NCBI RefSeq assembly: GCF_964194155.1
Contig: NC_135880.1
Span: forward strand, 91,388,001 to 91,452,000
Reading direction: 5' to 3'
DNA: 64,000 nucleotides
From: Cetorhinus maximus
Taxonomy: Eukaryota
Under the pieces are notes generated by a model that saw only the letters and a program-made list of their open reading frames with translations, was not told the origin of the DNA and ran no database searches. This document shows, one piece after another, positions 36,193 to 47,635 of the stretch. Each line of letters opens with the position of its first letter. Position 1 is the stretch's first letter. A program made the translations under genes and the position numbers.

Positions 36193-36830
36193 TCGGGAAA
36201 TGATGGACTGTAGCTGGAGTCGTTGTCACTTCTGGACTGGACCACGTCTGTTGTGGCTGTAGAAGCCAGTTTGTGAGTGGCAGTCCCTTCCACAGCTGGC
36301 ACAGATGAAAGGCATTGGCCTAAGGTTGGCTGATGTTTTTTCCTTCCGGCAGTCTCCCTTTTCTGCCGTCTGGTCATTTCTTTTGTCCTTTGCTTTTTCC
36401 ATGCTCTTCCTGACCGCTTTTCTCCAGGCACTCCGGTCAGCAGCGAGGACTTCCCTTGCACTGACTCCGATCCCGGTCAACTTGAAGTCTCGCTTGCAGA
36501 CATCCTTTTATCACAGGTATAGGTGACCTGTTAGTCTAGTGCCAATAGCAAGCTTGTGCCAATACAGCATGTCTTTGGGGATGTAGCCGTCATCCAATTG
36601 GCTCACAGCCAATGGACTCAACAGAGTAAACATGCTGGACCGCTCCACATGCTGGCGTACTTCCATATTCAGCACTCTGTCCTGCCAGGAGATGCCCAAA
36701 ATTCATCTGAGGCAGCAGAGGTGGAAGCTGTTCCGCCACTTTTCTTGGCTTGCATAAGTTGTCCATGCCAACTGTCAAGGCTGGTGCTGAGAACGCAAGC
36801 CTTCTACATGTAGAACTTTGTATTTTCAGC
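36193..36830 (-). mobile_element. RTE-clade LINE 3' fragment
   Basis: GISWQDRVLNMEV, DGYIPKDMLY, AADRSAWR and C-terminal CASCGRDCHSQTGFYSH zinc finger. Confidence 0.88.
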
Positions 36831-38002
36831 TAGTTTGCTGTTGGCCCACACTCAACCTCTCAACTTTGACATTGCAGCTACAGCCTTGCAAACCTGGTGC
36901 TGATTTCAGTATTAAGGGACAAGTTGCTGGTAATTGTTGATCTAAGGTATGCGAAGCTGTCGCTGACCTCCAGAATAAGGGACAATTCATCCTACAATTC
37001 AAAAGAAGCATTTCATAGCGGCAAAAAAAGGGGTGAGTTTTTGCTTTGCTTGCAGCAGGGGCAGGTCAGAACCCTCATTAGGTTTCCTAAAGGCACTGCC
37101 GAAAGGGATGAAGCACAAAAGAGTTACCTTATTTCACACTCAGGGAACCCATTCCAAAAGAGAGAAGTCCACAATGCTTGAGAGAGTATGGCATGACAAG
37201 CTGTGCTATCGCCTGGTTCCATAGGGAGAATACTTTGCAGATTTGACAAGATAAGATATGTTAAGGCTTACGCCAAGTAGATGGTCAAAAATATCCATGC
37301 CACAAAGTCTTTCCTCAGATCAGATGCTTGTCAGGCATGTCCATTCTGCAACATAGCACAAAAGTGTCTTAAAATAAGTAGTTGCAGATGGATGCATTGA
37401 TACCTTCCAAAAGCCTCTAGATTCTGGAAAGTCCTGGTGGATTGAAAACTGCAAATATAACACCTCTATTCAAGAAAGGAAGGAGACAGAAAGCAGGAAA
37501 CTATAGGCCAGTTAGCCTAACATCTGCCATTGGGAAAATGCTGGAATCCATTATTAAGGAACTAGTAGCAGGACATTAAGAAAATCATAATACAATCAGC
37601 CAGAGTCAACATGGTTTTATGAAAGGGAAATCATATTTGACCAATTTATTAGCATTCTTTGAGGATGTAATGAGCAGGGTGGATAAAGGGGAACCAGTAG
37701 ATCTAGTGTATTTGGATTTCCAAAAAGCATTTGATTAAGGTGCCACATAAAAGCTTACTACACATGATAAGAACTCATGTATGGATAGAGCATTGGCTAA
37801 CCAACAGGAAACCGAGTTGTAACAAAGGGATCATTTTCAGGTTGGCAAACTGTAACTAGAGGTGAGCTGCAGGGATCAGTGCTGGGGCCTAAACTATTTA
37901 CAATCTATATGAATGACTCAGATGAAGGGACCCAGTGTATTGTAGCCAAATTTACTGACAATAGAAAAATAGATCAGAAAGCAAGTTGTGAAGAGGACAC
38001 AA

Positions 38003-38628
38003 AATGTTGAAAGTCAGGGGTGAGCCCATGTCCATCAGGCCAGGAAGCCAGGGCTGGATTTAACAGTCATATAGGCAAATAGTTGCCTGAAGTTGTGGCT
38101 TCAGGTCTCACGTGGCCAATCAGATGACCGGCAGATCTCCAGTCCAAGCAGTGACACTTGGGAACAGTGGCCACCACTAGGATTGCAACCAGTTCCTGAT
38201 GAGGATCCACGGAGGAGGTCAGACTACAAGGTAAGTAGGGCAGCATCACTAGGGCTAGTTAGGCAAGTCCTGGTGAGGTGGGGGTCTGGTGGTGGTGATT
38301 GGGAAGCCAGAGTGTGGACATCAAGTGGGGTTGGTCTTTTCTGCTGGTTGGGACCCTCCATTGGACACAGGGACACCCTGAGTCCCCCTTGCCACACGGG
38401 GTGGTCGACTCCTGCGGCTTTTAAAATACCAGTGGCAGTGGGAAGAGGCCCTTAAGTGGCTATTAATTGGCCACTTAAGGGCCTCATTGTCCCACGGACG
38501 GGCATGCGGCCCAACACCTAACCCGAAGCTGGTACAAACCAGTGGAAGTGGATATGTGATGGGCACATCTGATTTGATGCCCCTCCAATCTATCAGCATA
38601 GTCCCCAAGGGGTTGTAAAATTCCAGCC
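38003..38628. mobile_element. Decayed non-autonomous Harbinger-like insertion in CR1
   Basis: Interrupts gaggacacaaa/gagtctg; right end gtaaaattccagcc. Confidence 0.6.
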
Positions 38629-38979
38629 AAAGAGTCTGGAAAATGATATAGCTATGTTAAGGCAGTGAGCAAAAATTTAGCTGATGGAGTATGAAGTAGG
38701 AAAATGTGAGGTTATCCACTTTGGCAGGAAGAATGGTGTGAAGAATGAAAAAGCAAAATAGTATTTAAATGGAGAGAGACTAAAGAAAGCGGTCGAGAAG
38801 GACCTGGGTCTTGTACATGAAACGCAAAAGGTTAGCATGCAGGTACAGCAAGCAATTAGGAAGGCAAATGGAACGTTAACCTTTATGGCAAGGGGACTGG
38901 AGTATAAAAATTGGGAAGTCTTGCTATAAATGTACAGAGCATGGGTGAGACCACATCTAGAACCCCGTGTACAGTTTTG

Positions 38980-39625
38980 GACTGGGATTTTCTCGGTAGG
39001 GAGTAAGTCCAAACATCAGGACCATGCAAGGATTCCAAGCCTGTACAGGTGGGCACTGCAGCAACGTGCTCCCTAGAGGTGGCAACTCTATTGGCTGCCA
39101 CTGATTCTACTGTCCAATTAACGATAGTGGGTGGCTTCCACGCTGCCAGTCCAATCAAGGACCAGCATCGCAGGGGTGTTGGAAAAGCCATTGAGAGAGG
39201 TGGTCGCTAGTGAGGCAGTAAGGATAATGAGAGGGCTGCTCCATCAAGAGGCACTCTCGCAGCAGAGGGCGACACTTCATTTTTCTGCCGGGCCAAGTGG
39301 GCAAGCCCTGGAATGCAGAAGGGGCCCCCACCAGTGGCACATGGAGGCCACAGGGGCAGCCAGTGCTGCCAGAGGTCCACTCATTGGGCCTTGGAGCCTC
39401 CAGTGACTTAAGAAGATGCCCCTCAATTGTACCTTTAATTGGTTAAAATGGCTGTCTACCTTTGGTCAGCAGTTGGCCAAGCCAATGCCATTAACGCCAC
39501 TAGGCAACTTTCTTGGCAGTAGGATTGTGTTGGGGAGCTGTCATAATGCTGTCATAAGTTCCCTGGCACTTTATCGTCCCCCACTCCTCCTAGCCCATAA
39601 CCTGGTAGCTGGTGAAATCTCACCC
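38980..39625. mobile_element. Decayed non-autonomous Harbinger-like insertion in CR1
   Basis: Ends gactgggattttc / gaaatctcaccc; TSD TTG within CR1 cagttttggtctcc. Confidence 0.7.
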
Positions 39626-39945
39626 TTGGTCTCCTTATTTAGGAAGAGATATACTTGCATTGGAGGCAATTCAGAGAAGGTTCACCAGGTTGATTCCTAG
39701 GACGAAGGGGTTGTCTTATGAGGAAAGGTTGAGCAAGTTGGGTCCATACCGGAGTTTAGGAGATTGAGAGGCGATCTTATTGAAACATATAAGATTATGA
39801 GAGGGTTTGACAGGGCAGATGCTGAGAGGATGTGCAGAATCATCCCAGATTTGCAGTAAATACAGTAGCAGACATGAAAAAAGTCATGTTACCCGCCAGC
39901 TGCAATGGCAGATTTTTGCATCGTATCATGCTCTTCCCAGTGCCT

Positions 39946-40606
39946 CCTGCATCCTGGGGGTTACCATTGACCAGGAACTGAACTGGACTAGCCAAATAAA
40001 TGCTACAAGACCAGGTCAGAGGCTAGGAATCCTGCCGCAAATAATTCACCTCCTGACTCCCCAAAGCCTGTCCACCATCTACAAGGCACAAGTCAGGAGT
40101 GTGATGGAATACTCCCCACTTGCCTGGATGAGTACAGCTCCAACAACACTCAAGAAGCTTGACACCATCCAGGACAAAACAGCCCACTTTATTGGCATCC
40201 TATCCACAAACATTCACTCCCTCCACCACCAACTCACAGTAGCAGCAGTGTGTACCATCTACAAGGTGCACTGTAGAAACTCACCAAGGCTCCTTAGACA
40301 GCACCTTCCAAACCCAAAACAGCTACCATCTAGGAAGACAAGGGCAGCACGTGGGAACATCACAACCTGGAAGTTCCCCTCCAAGCAAGTCACCATTGTG
40401 ACTTCGAAATATATCGCCACTTCTTCACTGTCACTGGGTCAAAATCCTGGAACTCCCTCTCTAACATCACTGTGGGTGTACCTGCACCACAGCGACTGCA
40501 GCAGTTCAAGGAGACAGCTCACCACCTTCTCAAGGGCAATTAGGGATGGGCAATAAATGCTGGCCCAGCCAGCGAAGCCCACATCCAGTAAAATGAATTT
40601 TTTTTT
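39946..40606 (+). mobile_element. 3' fragment of Zenon/Crack-like LINE nested in Harbinger element 2
   Basis: ILGVTIDQELNW...IYKAQVRSVMEYS; homologous to 49495-50165. Confidence 0.9.
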
Positions 40607-40759
40607 TAATTCACGGGAAACGCACAAGATCGCTGGTGGGGTGGTGTCTGACTTGCCTGCTCCGCCGTCACCTCAGGCCAGTAACCTGGGCACCATATTT
40701 AAAGGCTGCCTCTGCACAGAGCTAGCTCTCTCTAAGGGATCGAAAGCTGCTGGAAAGTC

Positions 40760-42464
40760 GTGGCTGCCAAAGGGAGGAAACATACTGCCCCCAAATTTAG
40801 TGACACCTCCCTCGAGCACCTACTGGGCACAGTGGAGGCCCGCCATGAAGTCCTCTACCCCTACTCCGGGGAAGAACAGCAAGCAAGGTCACCAATCCAG
40901 CATGGGTGGTGATGGCAGCGGTGGTCAGTGCCAATGCCCTGCAAAAGAGGACAACCACCCAATGCCGAAAGAGGATGAACGATCTCCTCCATTCCACCAG
41001 GTTAAGTCACTCGTATCATCATTATCAACTCACACACTCACAAGCCCATCACACATCCACAGGGATCTCACTCACTGCCAGTGCAAGGGACATCACCATT
41101 CACTCTCTCACACAGACCTTCATCTGCCCTGTGGATCGTGTCTTCATCCCATCCATGGCATCACTCACCACCCACACATGCAGGCATCCTTCTTATCTGG
41201 CCTGGCAGGCTGTCCAGCCTCTACTCTCTCCATCTGTGTTCATGCTGGACAAGCTGGCACACAACAAAAGGGAGAGGTCGCTGACTGGCGGAGGAATGTC
41301 TGAAATCAAGGTCCTCACGGACTTTGAGAACAGAGTCATCCAGCTGGTTGACGACGATCTGGACCGTTCCTGTGCTGATGGTGAGGTCGGCGGTGCTCAA
41401 CCAAGTGCAACATCCATCAGACAACCATGCTGCGAGTAAGTTCCCCTGTCCGCGGTCCCCTGACATGCACTAATTATCGCTCCTTGCTTTCACAGACACA
41501 TTTGAGAGGCAGCTGAGGGGGTCCTCGAGCCAGGTCCTTGACTCAAGCCCTGAAGACGCCTTGGAAAAAGAATTTGATGACACCCTAATTGAAGACCCAT
41601 CACAGCGCTCACCCACACCCTCCACCTGCGCAAAGACACACACCTCGGTGGGACCTAGTTAGAGAGTAGCCTCAGGCTCACAATCTGGTGAGCACATCGC
41701 ACTTTCTGATCCACAGCAGGTGGAGGTAGGGATTTTCCAGGATTCCATCACTCTGGAGGCCAGAAATCTGCTGAGTCCGAGTCAGATGATGAGCCTCTGG
41801 ACTCGGTCATGTCACAGTTGCTGGAGCTGCAAAGGCAAGCTCGGGAACATCAGGAAGGGATGTCCACTGCACTCCTCAGATTGCAAGGCACGATGGAGGA
41901 GTCCATCCATCTTCAATCTGACAATCAATGTCGGCATGCCAACACACCGAGATCAACACTGGTAGGATGGCAACCACCAGGGAGACCTTGGTCCAGGGCA
42001 TCAGTCCTGAACTGCTGCGTGGGCTGAACTCCATTGCTGATGACAGAGCTGGCCTCCAACATTGTCAATGCGAGAGGGGTTGGGGGGGTCAGCTCAATCT
42101 CACTCCAGCTTCCCCTTCTCCTTAAGGAGTTATCCAGGGGCCACCGGGCACCCATAATGAGGAGGATCAGCAGGTGCACACCCCAGGGTCATCCACCCAG
42201 GTGACTCTGGGAATGTCCAGGCCATCCGAATCCCCTCTTCCTGTGACCTCCGCAGTTGCAATTCAACAGGCTGAGGAGGTTGCTGCTGGCCCACAAGAGG
42301 ACACCCAAAGCAGGCCGGGGACCTCCAGGTCTTGGCCCTTCAAAGGACACCCGCCAAGGTCATCACAGGGCATAGCAGTCTGCACGCTCCCCCGACCCCC
42401 TACTGTGGAGGTCGGGGGAGCACCAAGATGTAGCGGCAAGGTTAGGAATATTAAGAAGATGTAG
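40760..42464 (+). pseudogene. Harbinger Myb/SANT-like gene, 3 exons (~40760-41000, ~41247-41435, ~41496-42464)
   Basis: APKFSDTSLEHLL, RTTTQCRKRMNDLL, KLAHNKRERSLTGGG motifs; intron positions match element 1. Confidence 0.85.
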
Positions 42465-43184
42465 TTACAGAGCCTGGGCACGGGTGTTAGTCACTTGTAC
42501 ATAATATTCACTATTGTAAATAAACTCCCAAGAACGCCTCCCTGCCGATGGCTCCTTGTTCTGATGAGCAGTGTTCTTGTCGCTCAGGTGTGAAACATTG
42601 GTTCCTGCACAAGATAAAGACAGGTGCCTCAGTCCAGAGCCTCTTCCCTTGCAGAGAAAACCTTCAGAGCAAAGTAATGGTCCGGCTTCACACTCACTGG
42701 ATACATTACTGATGCCTGCACCTCGATGGTGCTGGTCATTGCTGCCATAATGTTGTGGGCAGGTGTCACAGAGTTCCATCATTCTCTCTGTGTGTTCTCA
42801 GCACCTTTAAGGTGGGGCTGGCCCCCCATCTCTTCAGCATCTGTGACCGGTGATGCTGTGCTCCTGAAGGGCTCAGGTGCTGAAGGCAGACAAAGGATCA
42901 GGTGCATTTAAAGTTTCACAGCTGCATCTCCATGATATCACCCTGATCACAGAGTGCAAGTGAACTGCCCTCGGTCAGACAGGAGTCAAGACATTCACAG
43001 AGTCAATGTGAAGATCTATGGAGTGTCCTCATTGCATGTCATAATCATCCTCCTCCTGGAATTTTGCAACTATTCAGACCTCTGTTGCATCTCCATGGCA
43101 TGAGCCTGAGCACTGAGGGTACGTGTGCTGCCATCAGCCACGCAGGAGTCAAATGTTCACAGATGTAAGGTGAGGATCTCATCA

Positions 43185-44352
43185 TTAACCTCCATGAATC
43201 TTGCAGCTATGAGGGCCTCTCGAGTGCACCTGCCTCATCTGACCAGTGCAATGGCCTCATCACCAGCATCCTCACTTTTGAGGGCCTATCATCATCATCC
43301 CCTTTAACGTCCTCCTCATCGGAGGAGACGTGCAGCTCCTCCATCTCCTCTTCAGCTAGGTCCTCCCCTAGTTGCAGTGCCAGGTTGCGTAGAGCAAACA
43401 AGCTGCAATGGTGCGTGACATCCTCTGGGGACTGTATTACAGTGCTCCACTGGACCTGTCCAAGCACCGGAACTTCATTTTCAAAATGCCTATCATTTGC
43501 TCCACCAAAGTCCGGATCACAGAATGAGCCGTCGCTCTGCTGCAGTCTGAGGCCGCCGCACAGGTGTCATTAGCCATGTCCTCTGCGGGTAGTCCTTGTC
43601 CCTGAGGAGCCAGCCCTGCAGCCTCTCTGGATCCTGGAAGATGTCAGGGATCTGAGACCTGCTAAGGGTGTAGGAGGCATGGACGCTCCCTGGGAATAGT
43701 TCGCAGAATTGTAGGATGTGTTTGTAGTGGTCGCAGACCAGCTGAACATTCAGCGATTGGAGGTCCTTGGTGATTGATGTAGTTGACTGCTTTCTGCCAC
43801 GGAGATCTAAGCATCTGAATGCAGTCGATGGCACCCTGCACCTGTGGGAAAGCTGAGATCTGCGCAAATCCCAGCGCTCTTGCTTCCTGGCTTTCCTGAT
43901 TCCAGGCAAAATGCACAAATTTTTGTGCCTTTGAGAAGATGGCATCCGTGATCTCCTGGATATATTTTTGCGTGGAGGCTTGTGAGATCCCACACAGGTC
44001 ACTTGTGGAGTCCTGGAAGGAGCCACTAGCGTAAAAATTGAGCGGCGTGGTCACTTTCACGGCCACTGGCAGTGGATGCTCTCCATGGCCCCATGGAACC
44101 AAATCCTGCAGCAGGTGGCATATGTGACTGACCAGTTCCCCGGACATGCGCAGTCTTTGGCGACAATGGTTCACGAGTCGCCTATGATCGATGGCTCGCT
44201 GTGGATCTTCAGCTGCGTGCACAGCAGGTCCTGTTGCCCCTTCATCTTGAGGGAGGTTCTCCTCCCTTTGCCGAGTCAGGGGCCTCCGCTGCTCTCTTCT
44301 TCTTCCTCCTTGCTCCCTGTAAGCCATGAGGCATACTGTTACCAGGCTCCAT
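43185..44352 (-). pseudogene. Harbinger DDE transposase, frameshifted
   Basis: LPVAVKVTTPLNFYASGSFQ, FPQVQGAIDC, SLNVQLVCDH, WLLRDKDYP; putative 5'-UTR intron 44365-45236. Confidence 0.9.
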
Positions 44353-45409
44353 GCTGTTCTCCTCCTACAGGATCAAAAAGAGAGACACGTGGGTTAGCAT
44401 ATGTGTCCTAAGAACCTCTCTTGATAAGTCTGAAAATTCCTTCAGACATGTCGGGGAGTGCCGGCCACCACTTGGATGGCCAGTGTGTAGTGTGCTCATT
44501 GGTGTCTGAAACCTCACCCACCTCCGCCCCACTCCACTTGACCGATTAGCGGCAGCTTTGCCCACTGGACTGCATGCTGTGCTCTCAGCTCAGGCATTCT
44601 CCTAACCCACATTGCAAGGCTGTACTGTTAGCTTGAACCATGAGGGATACTGGTCCAAACCTTAATAAAGACATTGCAAGGGGCTGTGAGTGCCTCCACC
44701 AGTGACTGCGCCATGGCCACCTTTCGCAAGGGGACTGTACAACTTGTCCAGTTGACCAATTGTTCTGCTGCCCCCAAAACTCACGTTAATTTGCAGTCTG
44801 TGCCCGAGAGGTGAAAGGGTCTGGAGTATTTGGTGCACTTTCATGCTTTTACGTTGCTTGAGTGGACAGAAAAGCTTCAGAGGCCCAACTCCAAGCATGT
44901 CAATGGAGCTGCAGCTGAAGGGTCTCAGCTGTGCAAGAATGCTCACTTTTGACAAGCTTTTCCAGGTGCGTGGCCGCTTCCTTCAACCCCTGCCTCCCCA
45001 GCCCCTCTGGCATGTGCTTGAGTATTTCTTTCAATCTGTGCTGCATTGACCCACACTGGAGCCCTTGCCCCAACACTGCACTGAAAGCCAGCTGGGACAA
45101 AGCGACTTGCCATGACTCCCCGGAATGCCCGGCACCTCTTCCTTGATGTCCTACGGGCGATGCTCGCGAGCGCTGCGCAAGGCTCTGTGCTCTCACCCCC
45201 GAGTTCCCCCCGAAGTGCAGGTTGCCAGGTGCATACCTTTTCAAGGCAGCTGTGAACGCATTGTTCTGAAGCCACACCGACGTGGGCGGGAAATTTGACA
45301 TGGGGGGCTGATTCCAGTGAGATGCTAAAGTATTGAAATTATGTTCTCAACGTGCGGCGGTGGGAAATGCGTCTTGCCATTGACGGGTGGAGCCGACAAT
45401 TGTCAATTG

Positions 45410-46116
45410 GGCCAGGATTTTTCCTAAGGCGGGCAGGCTGGGCGGGAGCAGGCTGGGGCAGGCACAGAGCTGATCGCCGCCCGCGATCGGCTCCGCACTG
45501 CCATTTTACAGGGGCAGGCCAGTTAAGGCCCACCCAGCGTAATACACGGTCGGTAGCGCTCAGCACTACCTGTGCAGGTTGGGGGAGGAGGGAGAGTTGG
45601 AGCCAGCGCTCTTTCAGGTGTATGTGTACGAAAGAGCACTTCAATCACCCTGAGGCACGGAGCTGCCTCAGGGAGATGGAACGGATGTTAAAATAATTAA
45701 AGAATTGATTAAAAAATTTATTTCAACATGCCCCCTCATGTGACTGTGTCATGAGTGGGGACTTGTTTTTATATTTATGAAAATTTATTTATTTATTTAA
45801 TAAAAGCTTCAGGAAATCTCTTCCCACTCGCGGATGAGACTTCCTGAAAAACGGAAGGCCACTTGGGCTTTCTGCCTGCCTGCCAACCTTATGGTTGGAC
45901 GGGCAGTGTTCACAAGTGGTTCAATCAATTTCTTAATGGCCTTAATAGGCTGTTTACATTTTGTCGGATGTGCAGCCGACTATGGCACGTGCCCACTGAA
46001 CAAAATATCGCGATGGCGCACAATGATATCAGGACGCACACCCGACGTCATCGCGTGTCATTTTAAGCATTGGCGTATCAGGCCCGCCCCCGCACGCCGA
46101 CCGGAAAATTCTGCCC
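45410..46116. mobile_element. Harbinger MITE nested in the subterminal region of element 2
   Basis: TIRs ggccaggatttt / aaaattctgccc; flanks TTG/CTG. Confidence 0.9.
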
Positions 46117-47427
46117 CTGGTTTCGTGACGGCGTTAAACCGATTTTTGGCCTTCCCGCCATATTGTTCCCCCCGGCCCTCCCCCCGCCACCAACACGACC
46201 GGATGATTCCACCTGATGTTTCCCCTCATTGGGAGGAACTTCTCCTCTCAGAGTATCGTGAATCTTCGGAATTCTGTACCCCAGAGAAATGTGGAAGCTG
46301 AGTCACTGATTATATTCAAGGTTTAGATAGACAGATTCTTGAACCATAGGGGAGTCAAGGCTCTGGGACAATAGGCAGGAAAGTAGAATTACGGGCAAGA
46401 CCAGATCAGCTATGATTTTATTGAATGGTGGAGCAGGCTAAAGGGACTTTATGGCCTACTCTTGCTCCTATTTCTTATGTTCTTACTTACAGCAACAACC
46501 CTACCTGAAGCCTTTAATGCACTGACAAAAGGAGTTCATCCAAGAAGCCGATCTAGCAAAATGTGGCATAATGCATCCTGATGTACTCATGTCTGTAACG
46601 AGCTGCAGAATCAGCTAGTGGGCATCCCATTATGTGCTCCTGATACTTCCAGTATTGCTTCTCTGCCTGGCGTTGAAAATGGTACAGCACAGAAAAGAGC
46701 AGATTTATATGAGGGTCCTGTAACCTCAATATTATGTTTGAAATGCTGCACTGGAACTAATTGTCTCAAAATGCATAGAAGTGGGGAGAGGTGAAACTGA
46801 CAGTTTTATATAAGGTCAGAGTTAATACCACTTTTTCATGTTTTGCTTCTCCCTCTACTCATTCACTCATTGCCTCCCGATGCAACAACATCCAAGCACT
46901 CCACCATATTATGCTATACACGCTCTTGATTCTCTTCCCATGCCCCAAGGCACATGAGGCAGACGAAGCACACGCTTACATCTGTTTCCATAGCTTATTT
47001 TTTCCTGGAACAGATTACTAGGATTTGCAGGTTGATAATCAGACTGTTCAGCTTTGCTACGAAGGCATTTTCTGTGACCACCAAGTCCTGAAGTAGGACT
47101 TGAACCTGGAGCTTCTGGCTCAGGGCAGGGATGCTACCCACTGTGCCACAAGATCTCCCATTATGCTGCATTGCTATGTAACTAATGTTCGACAGTCGTG
47201 ATGCATGTCCAGTAAAAATTGGCAGCCTGCCTGTGGGCTGGGGATATGTCCTCCTGTTCAGACACTCTTTTGGTCCACAGAGAGCCATGTTGGAGGCAAG
47301 GCCACACCCATCCCCTGCAGGAAGACCCCCCATACCCTCCACACTGACCCCCCTTACCTCTCCTCTGGTACATCCATCACTGTTCTTTATCCAGGGCCTC
47401 CTGCAGTCCCAGCAAGGCCACTGTTTC

Positions 47428-47635
47428 TTTTTTCATGGATGTGAGCATCATGCCAGCATTTATTACCCATCCCTAATTGCCCTTGTTCATAAGGCAATTA
47501 AGAGTCAACAACATTGCTGTGGGGAGGACATCACATGTAGGCCAGACCAGGTAAGGACGGCAGATTTCTAAAGGGCATTGGTAAATCAAGTGCATTTTTG
47601 CAACAATCGGCAATGGTTTCATGGTCATCATCAGA
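47428..47635 (-). mobile_element. 5'-truncated SINE of the same family as 16800-17165
   Basis: gccagcatttattacccatccctaattgccctt tail plus central ccagaccaggtaaggacggcagattt. Confidence 0.7.

Larger units (their letters stand above)
39832..46214 (-). mobile_element. Full-length decayed autonomous PIF/Harbinger transposon (element 2)
   Basis: TIRs gtgcagaatcatcc / ggatgattccacct; TSD GAT (39829-39831, 46215-46217) inside CR1 gctgagaggatgtttcccctc; convergent Myb and transposase genes. Confidence 0.9.
37400..46487 (+). mobile_element. CR1 (HER1-like) LINE split into four pieces by nested insertions (37400-38002, 38629-38979, 39626-39831, 46215-46487)
   Basis: [42 protein letters not shown] motifs; sequence resumes precisely across the TSDs; 3' end ggcctactcttgctcctatttcttatgttctt. 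Confidence 0.9.

Noticed and set aside
39807-41303. Two consecutive ~249-aa ORFs
   Set aside because: They cross CR1/Harbinger/LINE junctions and an intron; composite TE sequence.
44365-45301. Third ORF (133 aa) in Harbinger element 2
   Set aside because: No recognisable motif; the region is bounded by AAG/gtatgc and ctgtag/G and is better explained as a 5' intron of the transposase.
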